Below, one piece after another: positions 9,647 to 16,891 of a stretch of 39,517 nucleotides of DNA. Where the stretch lies: the NCBI GenBank assembly GCA_025360445.1, contig JANYCE010000273.1:1-39517 (forward strand), read 5' to 3'. This DNA comes from Betaproteobacteria bacterium (GTDB lineage Bacteria > Pseudomonadota > Gammaproteobacteria > Burkholderiales > SG8-41). The notes below the pieces were generated by a model. The model saw only the letters and a program-made list of their open reading frames with translations, was not told the DNA's origin and did not search any database. A program made the translations under genes and the position numbers. Within the stretch, counting starts at the first letter, position 1, and the number at the start of each line of letters is the position of its first letter.

Positions 9647-10759
9647 ATGGCTAAAAGAGATTTTTACGAAGTGCTGGGCCTCAACCGCGATGCATCGGAT
9701 GAGGACCTCAAAAAGTCCTATCGCAAGCTCGCGATGAAACACCACCCGGACCGCAATCCGGATAATCCGAAATCCGAGGGCCAGTTCAAAGAGGCCAAAG
9801 AGGCTTACGAGATTCTTTCGGAGCCCGCCAAGCGCGCAGCGTACGATCAGTACGGTCACGCGGGCGTCGATCCGGCAGCGGCTGGCGGCACCGCGGGGAT
9901 GGGCGGATTCGCCGATGCGTTTGGTGATATTTTTGGCGATATTTTTGGCGGCGGCCGCGGCCGCTCGAATGTGTATCGCGGTGCCGACCTGCGCTACAAC
10001 CTGGAAATCGGGCTCGAAGACGCGGCGCGCGGGACCGAAACCAAAATTCGCATTCCGACACTCGAGGAGTGCGAGACCTGCAAGGGCAGCGGAGCGAAAC
10101 CGGGCACGCAGCCGGTCAAGTGCACGACTTGCGACGGGCACGGGCAGGTGCGCATGCAGCAGGGATTTTTTTCGATTCAGCAAACGTGTCCGAAATGCCA
10201 CGGCGGCGGCAAAATTGTGCAGACACCCTGCGCAACCTGTCGCGGCGCTGGGCGCTTGAAAGAGCACAAAACACTGTCCGTTAAAATTCCGTCCGGGGTC
10301 GATGAAGGCGATCGCATCCGTCTGTCGGGAGAAGGCGAAGCCGGCGTTAATGGCGGGCCGGCCGGCGATTTGTATGTCGTGATTAATCTCAAAGCGCACT
10401 CGGTGTTTCAGCGCGATCACAACGATCTTCACTGCGAGATGCCGATTAGCTTTACGACCGCGGCGCTCGGCGGGGAGATCGAAATTCCGACGCTTGAGGG
10501 CTACGCCAAGATAAAAATTCCGGCGGAAACGCAATCGGGCAAGGTGTTCCGCCTTCGCGGTAAGGGGATCAAGGGCGTGCGGTCGTCGACGCACGGTGAT
10601 CTCATGTGCCGCGTCGTCGTCGAAACGCCGGTCAATCTTACGGCGCGACAACGCGAACTGCTTAACGAGCTTGAAAGCATCAACGCGAACGACTCGGGCA
10701 AACACAATCCGCGCGCGAAATCCTGGATGGACAAAGTCCGCGAATTTTTTGAACAGTAA
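9647..10759 (+). CDS. dnaJ: Co-chaperone DnaJ (Hsp40)
   Basis: 370 aa. J-domain ([21 protein letters not shown]), a G/F-rich region, and four CxxCxGxG zinc-finger repeats. Confidence 0.98.
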   Translation: MAKRDFYEVLGLNRDASDEDLKKSYRKLAMKHHPDRNPDNPKSEGQFKEAKEAYEILSEPAKRAAYDQYGHAGVDPAAAGGTAGMGGFADAFGDIFGDIFGGGRGRSNVYRGADLRYNLEIGLEDAARGTETKIRIPTLEECETCKGSGAKPGTQPVKCTTCDGHGQVRMQQGFFSIQQTCPKCHGGGKIVQTPCATCRGAGRLKEHKTLSVKIPSGVDEGDRIRLSGEGEAGVNGGPAGDLYVVINLKAHSVFQRDHNDLHCEMPISFTTAALGGEIEIPTLEGYAKIKIPAETQSGKVFRLRGKGIKGVRSSTHGDLMCRVVVETPVNLTARQRELLNELESINANDSGKHNPRAKSWMDKVREFFEQ

Positions 10760-10783
10760 AGCGGCAGGGTTTGCAGGCGCCTG

Positions 10784-11389
10784 CTAAGGCGTGACTCGGG
10801 CGCTTCGCAGCGTAATCTTGTTGATTAGATTTTGCCAAAGGTTGGCGGCGTCGGCGCTAAAGATCGTATCCGTATCCGCCGGCAACAGGTACCAGCCGCC
10901 GGCCGTTATTTCGGCCTGCAACTGGCGCGGCGCCCATCCGGCGTAACCCGCATATGCGCGCAGCGAAATCACTTTTACCTCGGACGCGATGATGTTTTTT
11001 AACAGCCGGGGGTCCCCGCTTAAGTAAACGTTGTCGAGCACGCGCAGACTATTCTCGATGCGCGCTTCGCTGTGCACCAGAAATATGATCTGGTTGCGTG
11101 CAACGGGTCCACCGGCATAGATGTGATTAAACGGCGCGGGCACGGTGCCGGCCGCCGGCCAGGCTTCGGAGAGACGCGCACTCGTAGGCCGGTTCAGCAC
11201 GACGCCGAGCGGCCCTCCGCCCGGCACCGGTTGTGTGATGAGCAAAACTGTCTGACGGAAGTTAGGATCCACCAGCTCAGGCTTGGCGACAAGCAGGACG
11301 CCGTTGGCGAGCGCAGCCTCATCCGCTGCGTGGACAGCGGATGAGGCAACCAGAAAAAGCGCAATACCCGATAACAGGCGGCCACGCAT
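10784..11389 (-). CDS. YqgE/AlgH (UPF0301) family protein with a predicted N-terminal signal peptide
   Basis: Family core: LLVAKPELVDPNFRQTVLLITQ..GGPLGVVLNRPT..IYAGGPV..GYAGWAPRQLQAEI..GGWY. The ATG at 11389 gives MRGRLLSGIALFLVASSAVHA/AD. The ORF remains open to a TTG at 11410. Confidence 0.8.
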   Translation of the reverse strand: MRGRLLSGIALFLVASSAVHAADEAALANGVLLVAKPELVDPNFRQTVLLITQPVPGGGPLGVVLNRPTSARLSEAWPAAGTVPAPFNHIYAGGPVARNQIIFLVHSEARIENSLRVLDNVYLSGDPRLLKNIIASEVKVISLRAYAGYAGWAPRQLQAEITAGGWYLLPADTDTIFSADAANLWQNLINKITLRSARVTP

Positions 11390-11412
11390 GCTTGCCGCCG
11401 GCAGGCGCAATT

Positions 11413-12537
11413 TCAGGATCCGCAGGCGAGGGGATCGGTGTTTGCGGCGGCCGCCTGCGCCGGCGCGCCAATCGATTCGAGCCTCACTCCGCGCCGCACT
11501 GCCGTGATCTCCGCCACGATCGATACCGCAATTTCAGCCGGCGTCTTGCTCCCTATGCGCAACCCGACCGGTCCGTGCAGGCGCGATATTTCCTGAGCGG
11601 AAAGATCGAAGTCGGCAAGGCGCTTGCGGCGCCTTTCGTTGTTGAGCCGCGAGCCGAGCGCACCGATATAAAACGCGGGCGACTTTAACGCTTCGGTGAG
11701 TGCCGCATCGTCGAGTTTGGGATCGTGCGTTACGGCGACCACTGCCAGGTGCGGGTCGGGATTCATTTGCAGCACGACATCATCGGGATATTCACGCACC
11801 AGTGTCGTGCCTGGCACATTCCATTCGTCAGCGTATTCCTCCCGCGGATCGCACACTGTCACTTGGTAATCGAGCGCCTGCGCCATTTGCGCAAGAAAGC
11901 GCGACGTCTGACCCGCCCCGATAATTAAAAGCCGCCAACGCGGCCCATGAATACTTTTCAGCATTTTGCCGTCGAACTCGAGCACGTCGGCCCAGTGGCC
12001 CGATTCGAGTGTGACTTTACCGGTCTCCATGTCAAGGTGCCGCGCCACCAGTTCATGCCGCGCGATCGTTGCAAGTAATTCCTTCAATTGAGATTGCCCG
12101 GTCACCGGCTCCAGCACAAGTTGCAGGGTGCCCCCGCATGGCAGTCCAAACCGCGCCGCCTGGTCGGCGGTCACGCCGTAGGTGACAAGTTCCGGCTTGG
12201 CGCCCGTGGCCCGCTGCGCTGCCTGGCTGGACTTGACGCGCTCAATCAAGTCGTCTTCTACGCACCCCCCCGACACCGATCCGATCACGTGCCCGTCGTC
12301 GCGTATCACGAGCAGCGCGCCGATCGGGCGCGGCGCCGATCCCCACGTGCGCACAACAGTCGCGAGGGTCGCAGTGTGCGATGCATCCAGCCACGCGACG
12401 GCCGTTTTCAAAACCTCCGTATCAACGCTGTCCAATGTACACCTTTCAATATCAATTCGCGCCGCGAAAATAAGCCGTGTGACACTTAGAGTAGTGCACG
12501 ACCTTTGAGGGGTCAAGCCAGCGCCGTGCGGTTGCAC
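11413..12537 (-). CDS. XdhC/CoxI-family molybdenum-hydroxylase accessory protein
   Basis: Motifs: LATVVRTWGSAPRPIGALLVIRDDGHVIGSVSGGCVEDD, plus a Rossmann-like C-terminal domain (LLIIGAGQTSRFLAQMAQALDYQVTVCDPRE). The true start may be the TTG at 12435, which follows GAAAGG. The ORF maximum is 12537. Confidence 0.8.
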   Translation of the reverse strand: MQPHGAGLTPQRSCTTLSVTRLIFAARIDIERCTLDSVDTEVLKTAVAWLDASHTATLATVVRTWGSAPRPIGALLVIRDDGHVIGSVSGGCVEDDLIERVKSSQAAQRATGAKPELVTYGVTADQAARFGLPCGGTLQLVLEPVTGQSQLKELLATIARHELVARHLDMETGKVTLESGHWADVLEFDGKMLKSIHGPRWRLLIIGAGQTSRFLAQMAQALDYQVTVCDPREEYADEWNVPGTTLVREYPDDVVLQMNPDPHLAVVAVTHDPKLDDAALTEALKSPAFYIGALGSRLNNERRRKRLADFDLSAQEISRLHGPVGLRIGSKTPAEIAVSIVAEITAVRRGVRLESIGAPAQAAAANTDPLACGS

Positions 12538-12657
12538 ACGTCACATGCTTCGGCTAGCATCAACTTGGCTCGCCGCTTGCTCATTGCTGCGTACGCGCAA
12601 TGCTAAATGCAGTCGCCAGGCCAGCGCAGAACCCTAAATCCTTACTGTTTAGACCCG

Positions 12658-13980
12658 ATGAACACCCGATTGTTCTTCAAGCGATTGCTGCGCAGCGTTG
12701 CCGCTCCGGTGGACAGTGCGCGGTCGGCCGAGCGCAAGGCTCGCGAAGCCATAGCGTTATGCCATGCGCTGCTGTCAGAACGCGGCGAAGTGTCGGGTTC
12801 CGCGCTTGCGCGCGATGCGCTTCTTGCATACGACGCGCTGCCGGCTAACGCGTTGCAGCCATATATCAGCCTGTTGGCGAAAGATTTCTCGCCCTCGCCG
12901 ATGGCAATCGCGACGGCGGCGGCGGCGTACGCCATCGACCCCTCGCCGCCCAATCTGGTAACGCTGCAGCGGGCGGTCGAATCGCCGCGGCAGAAACTTT
13001 TTCGCCGTATGAACGTGGCGCCCGGCGCGACCGCCGCGTTGGTCGATCTGCGGCGCCGTTTGTTGACCAAACTTAAATCAAATCCCGAATGGATCGGGGT
13101 CGACGCCGATCTCGAGCATTTGTTTGGCTCCTGGTTTAATCGCGGCTTTTTACGGCTCGAACGTATTGACTGGCGCACGCCTGCCCTGATTCTGGAAAAG
13201 CTGATCGAATACGAGGCGGTGCATGAAATTGCCGGCTGGAATGATTTGCATCGCCGGCTCGCGGGCGATCGCCGCTGCTTTGCGTTTTTTCATCCCGCGT
13301 TGCCCGAAGAACCGTTGATTTTTATCGAAGCGGCGTTGACCGAGCGCATCAGCACGACGGTCGCTCCGCTGCTCGACCCGAACTCACCCGAGGCCGACCC
13401 GACGCGCGCCGATTGCGCGATCTTTTACTCGATCACCAACTGCCAGGACGGCCTGCGCGGAATTTCGTTCGGCAACCTTCTAATCAAACAGGTGGTGCAT
13501 GAACTGGGACGCGAGTTTCCGCGCTTAAAAACATTTGCGACGCTGTCACCCGTACCGGGCTTTCGCGCCTGGCTGCACGATATTGAACGCGGTCATGGCG
13601 CGCGCGTGCCCGATTTGTCCTGCTTTAAGGATTCAAATTGGTTTTCGAATCCCGAACTTGCCGAACGCCTGCGCGAGCCCTTGATGGGGTTGTGCGCGTA
13701 CTATCTCACCGAGGTCAAAAAAAACGACGAGCCGCTTGACCCTGTTGCCCGCTTCCACCTCGGCAACGGCGCGCGCCTGGAAAAACTGAATTGGCTTGCC
13801 GACACTTCGAGGGTAGGAATGCAGCGATCGGCGGGCATGATGGTTAACTACGTCTATCGCCTGGCGGACGTCGAAAAAAATCACGAAGCGTTCGTACGCG
13901 AGCATCAAGTGGCCGCCTCTCATGAGTTAAAAAAACTTGCGCGCGGATCACTGCTTTCGACGACTGCCCGCAAGGTTTGA
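12658..13980 (+). CDS. Malonyl-CoA decarboxylase (MCD family)
   Basis: Motifs: LERIDWRTPALILEKLIEYEAVHEI, FFHPALPEEPLIFIEAAL, AIFYSITNCQDGLRGISFGNLLIKQVV, FATLSPVPGFRAWL, ARFHLGNGARLE. The ATG at 12658 (MNTRLFFKRLL) is preferred over the ORF maximum at 12607. Confidence 0.85.
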   Translation: MNTRLFFKRLLRSVAAPVDSARSAERKAREAIALCHALLSERGEVSGSALARDALLAYDALPANALQPYISLLAKDFSPSPMAIATAAAAYAIDPSPPNLVTLQRAVESPRQKLFRRMNVAPGATAALVDLRRRLLTKLKSNPEWIGVDADLEHLFGSWFNRGFLRLERIDWRTPALILEKLIEYEAVHEIAGWNDLHRRLAGDRRCFAFFHPALPEEPLIFIEAALTERISTTVAPLLDPNSPEADPTRADCAIFYSITNCQDGLRGISFGNLLIKQVVHELGREFPRLKTFATLSPVPGFRAWLHDIERGHGARVPDLSCFKDSNWFSNPELAERLREPLMGLCAYYLTEVKKNDEPLDPVARFHLGNGARLEKLNWLADTSRVGMQRSAGMMVNYVYRLADVEKNHEAFVREHQVAASHELKKLARGSLLSTTARKV

Positions 13981-14045
13981 CCGGCAGGGTTTGACCAGCA
14001 CTGCCCTCGCGTTGGCGGCGCGGGCAAGGTAACATAGCGCCCACC

Positions 14046-14495
14046 ATGGAAATCATCGGCGAGCAAGTCATACCCAAACCGCAGCAGCAGACTTGGGACG
14101 CAATTTGCGACCCTGAAGTGCTCAAAGTCTGCATCCCCGGCTGCGAGACTATGGAAAAAATTTCGGACTCAGAGTTTAATGTCACGGTGTTGGCGAAGGT
14201 CGGGCCGGTCAGCGCGAAATTCAAAAGCAAGATCACGCTGACCGACGTCGATGCGCCCAACTCGTACAGGCTGATTTTCGAAGGCCAGGGCGGCGTCGCC
14301 GGCTTTGCCAAGGGCGAAGCGCGCGTAACGCTCACGCCTGCCGGCGACAACACGACGCTCGGTTATGTGGCTAAGGCGACGATCGGCGGCAAGCTGGCGC
14401 AAGTCGGCTCGCGTCTCGTTGACGGGGTCGCCAAAAAGCTTGCCGAACAGTTTTTCACCAAGTTTAACCAGCACGTTACTGCGCAGGCGTCTTAA
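14046..14495 (+). CDS. SRPBCC-fold CoxG-like protein (carbon monoxide dehydrogenase subunit G family)
   Basis: 149 aa. MEIIGEQVIPKPQQQTWDAICDPEVLKVCIPGCE...GPVSAKFKSKITLTDVDAPNSYRLIFEGQGGVAGFAKGEARVTL..GGKLAQVGSRLVDGVAKKLAEQFF is typical CoxG. Confidence 0.8.
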   Translation: MEIIGEQVIPKPQQQTWDAICDPEVLKVCIPGCETMEKISDSEFNVTVLAKVGPVSAKFKSKITLTDVDAPNSYRLIFEGQGGVAGFAKGEARVTLTPAGDNTTLGYVAKATIGGKLAQVGSRLVDGVAKKLAEQFFTKFNQHVTAQAS

Positions 14496-14499
14496 CGCC

Positions 14500-14522
14500 G
14501 CGCGATGCTGTTCGCATCGCGC
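14500..14522 (+). terminator. GC-rich hairpin after the coxG-like gene (possible terminator; no T-tract)
   Basis: Perfect 9-bp stem GCGCGATGC (14500-14508) / GCATCGCGC (14514-14522) with loop TGTTC, 5 nt after the stop. No U-run follows it. Confidence 0.3.
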
Positions 14523-14773
14523 ACCTAACCAGAGTAGCGTCTAGTCCACCCCGAGATGGCACCCGCGCAGCTCTCCGCAAAAAGAATTACTCCCTAGCAC
14601 CCGGCCGTCTCGCGTTTGGCGCGCGAGGTCATGCCTTGAAATTTGATCTTGCCTGCGACGGGCAACGTGCTCCGGGCAACCCCCCTCTTCTGTGCGAAAC
14701 AGTGCAGTTCGCTGCGAATTGCGTCGTAAGCGTCGATTGCACTCGCCGCCCGATCCGCTCAATCGCGCATGCG

Positions 14774-15285
14774 GTGCCGGCAACCAAAATCGCTGTTGCA
14801 GCCGCGGCCGAATTCGTGGGGTCGGCGGACCGCGCATGGAACGCCTATGGTTATCAAATCACGCCGCTCGAAAAATTTAATTTTGAAGCGCGCGTGTTGC
14901 GCACTGAGCACTACTCAATGGATCGTGAGTCGCAATTGGCGCCCGTCGATCTCGCGCTCGGGTGGGGGCCAATGGCAACGACGCGGTGGTGGACAGGGTG
15001 GCCATCACGCAGTCAAACCGCTTCTATTACTGGCATGTAAAGGAATTCCCGAGCGCGCGCCGGGATATCGAACTCAATAGCGCCAACATGCACATGGTGC
15101 CGGCGAACGCCGAGGTGGAACGCACATTGCGATCACTCCATACGGGCCAGCGCGTGACGTTCTCGGGTTATTTGATCGAGGCGCGCGCAACGGACGGCTG
15201 GCGCTGGAAGAGCTCACTCACGCGCGACGACACCGAAGCGGGTGCTTGCGAACTGGTGTGGGTGGAGAAAATCGCCGCGCATTAA
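14774..15285 (+). pseudogene. Conserved hypothetical protein (GWGPM / SANMH / RWKSSLTRDD family), frame-disrupted near 14975
   Basis: Frame A reads ..YGYQITPLEKFNFEARVLRTEHYSMDRESQLAPVDLALGWGPMA. Frame A-1, from about 14977, reads NDAVVDRVAITQSNRFYYWHVKEFPSARRDIELNSANMHMVPANAEVERTLRSLHTGQRVTFSGYLIEARATDGWRWKSSLTRDDTEAGACELVWVEKIAAH*. Together they read as one protein. The 5' end is unclear: there is no ATG and no signal or TM segment. GTG 14774 is one candidate start, and the ORF is open from further upstream. Confidence 0.55.
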
Positions 15286-15419
15286 TTAACAAACACGCGG
15301 GCGGCGCGACGACACGGGCCATGCCCTTGCCTGCTTGCGCATGCATTGCCCGCCTCTACCTTGCACGCTAGACTACCGCACTCGTCACATGTCAACTATC
15401 GATCGGCCGGGACAAAACA

Positions 15420-16040
15420 ATGCTTAAGATCTGGGGTCGCACGAATTCGATTAACGTGCAGAAAGTATTGTGGTGCTGTGGAGAACTCGACATTCCATTC
15501 GAGCGCATCGACGCAGGCCTTCAGTTCGGCGTAAACAACACGCCCGAATACAAAGCGAAGAACCCCAATGCGCTGATACCGTTGATCGAAGACAACGGCT
15601 TCGTGCTGTGGGAATCGCAGGCGATCGTGCGTTATCTCGCGCGCAAGCACGGCCTGGGTTCGGTGTGTCCGGCTGACGACAACAGCTGTGCCGATGCGGA
15701 CCGCTGGATGGACTGGAACGCCACCACCGTGTGGCCAAACCTGCGGCCGATCTTCTGGAATCTCGTTCGCACACCGCTAGAGAAGCGCGATATGCCGCTC
15801 GTCGAGAGTTCGCGCAAAGGGCTGGCCGCAAGTATGGCCATCCTGAATACGCATCTGGCCGGCCGCAAGTTTGTGACGGGCACCGATTTCACGATGGGCG
15901 ATATTCCGCTGGGCGTCTCGATCCATCGTTGGTTTCGGATGGATATCGAGCGCGAAAACATGCCCGATCTCGCCGCTTATTACGAGCGCCTGCAAACGCG
16001 ACCGGCGTTTGCGCGATACGCCGGACTACCGCTGACCTGA
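15420..16040 (+). CDS. gstB: Glutathione S-transferase, GstB(YliJ)-like
   Basis: 206 aa. MLKIWGRTNSINVQKVLWCCGELDIPFERIDAGLQFGVNNTPEYKAKNPNALIPLIEDNGFVLWESQAIVRYLARKHG closely follows the E. coli GstB N-terminal pattern (WGR..S.NV.KVL..L.EL..P.E.I.AG..FG.N...NPN.L.P...LWES.AIVRYLA). Confidence 0.85.
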   Translation: MLKIWGRTNSINVQKVLWCCGELDIPFERIDAGLQFGVNNTPEYKAKNPNALIPLIEDNGFVLWESQAIVRYLARKHGLGSVCPADDNSCADADRWMDWNATTVWPNLRPIFWNLVRTPLEKRDMPLVESSRKGLAASMAILNTHLAGRKFVTGTDFTMGDIPLGVSIHRWFRMDIERENMPDLAAYYERLQTRPAFARYAGLPLT

Positions 16041-16042
16041 AC

Positions 16043-16873
16043 GTGGCGTTTAAGCAACTGTTCGCTGCGTTGCAGCCAAAACAACCAGCGGGCGCAGCAG
16101 ACCGGCTCGAGTTTCCACTCGAAACAGAAGCGGCCATCAACCGCCTGCATGGGGCGGCACCTGTCGACGAGCATCTTGAGATACTGTTTCGCGACATCAA
16201 GGTCGGCGGCGAGAATTTTGTCGACCTATACCGCCGCTGCCTCGCGCACACCGGCACGCCGGTTACGCCCTTTAATGTATTCCATCGCTTTCAGAGTCGC
16301 CGCGACCTCCTGCAATATTTTTTCGCAACGCTCGAACTGCCCGGCGCGCGCGCCGAATGCGGCACCTATCGCGGCGCCACCGCGCTGTTGCTTGCGCATG
16401 CATGGCGCAGCCGCGAGCCCGCATTCGCCGGTGACGAGCTGTATTTAATCGACAGTTTCGTCGGCACCAGTGAATCAGGACAGCACGATTACATCCCGGT
16501 GCGCGGCGCTGACGGCGCAACGCGGCGCGCGGCGTTTTTCCCGGTTGCCAAGGCTGACCTATCGCCGGAACTGGTGCGCAGCTACTTCAACGAATTCCCG
16601 CGCGTGAGCATTTGTCCGGGGTGGATTCCGCAAGTGTTCGCCACGCTGCCGGAACGCAGTTGGGCCTTCGTGCATCTCGACGTCACACTGTATGAGCCAA
16701 CACTCGCCGCTCTCGAATATTTTTTCCCGCGCATGAGCAGCGGCGGCGTCATTATCTGCGACGGTTCGATATTTTGTCCTGGCGCCAAAAAAGCCTGGGA
16801 CGAATTTTGCGCGAGCCGCGCTCTGCCCTATGTAATTTTGGGCAACCGCGAGTCCATTCTGATCAAACGCTGA
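16043..16873 (+). CDS. TylF/MycF-like class I SAM-dependent methyltransferase
   Basis: The GTG at 16043 is 2 nt after the GST stop. The longer ORF from 15731 overlaps the GST gene out of frame and looks spurious. Motifs: ECGTYRGATALLLA (SAM-binding GxG-like) and FVHLDVTLYEPTLAALEYFFPRMSSGGVIICDG, compared with TylF D.DLYEST...L..LYP.L..GG.VI.DD. Confidence 0.7.
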   Translation: MAFKQLFAALQPKQPAGAADRLEFPLETEAAINRLHGAAPVDEHLEILFRDIKVGGENFVDLYRRCLAHTGTPVTPFNVFHRFQSRRDLLQYFFATLELPGARAECGTYRGATALLLAHAWRSREPAFAGDELYLIDSFVGTSESGQHDYIPVRGADGATRRAAFFPVAKADLSPELVRSYFNEFPRVSICPGWIPQVFATLPERSWAFVHLDVTLYEPTLAALEYFFPRMSSGGVIICDGSIFCPGAKKAWDEFCASRALPYVILGNRESILIKR

Positions 16874-16891
16874 ATAAAGTAATTAATCGGG

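Noticed and set aside
9620-10705. A 361-aa ORF antisense to dnaJ. Similar long shadow ORFs lie at 19048-20298 (antisense to cysS), 2468-3931 (antisense to the PrpD-like gene), 4873-5634 and 1688-2266.
   Set aside because: All are embedded in well-supported genes on the other strand. All have Arg/Ala/Gly-rich compositions typical of out-of-frame GC-rich sequence, and none has family motifs.
15731-16042. A 104-codon N-terminal extension of the methyltransferase ORF that overlaps the GST gene.
   Set aside because: The extension is out of frame with a well-supported GST CDS and is Arg-rich junk. A GTG at 16043, immediately after the GST stop, gives a sensible TylF-like protein.
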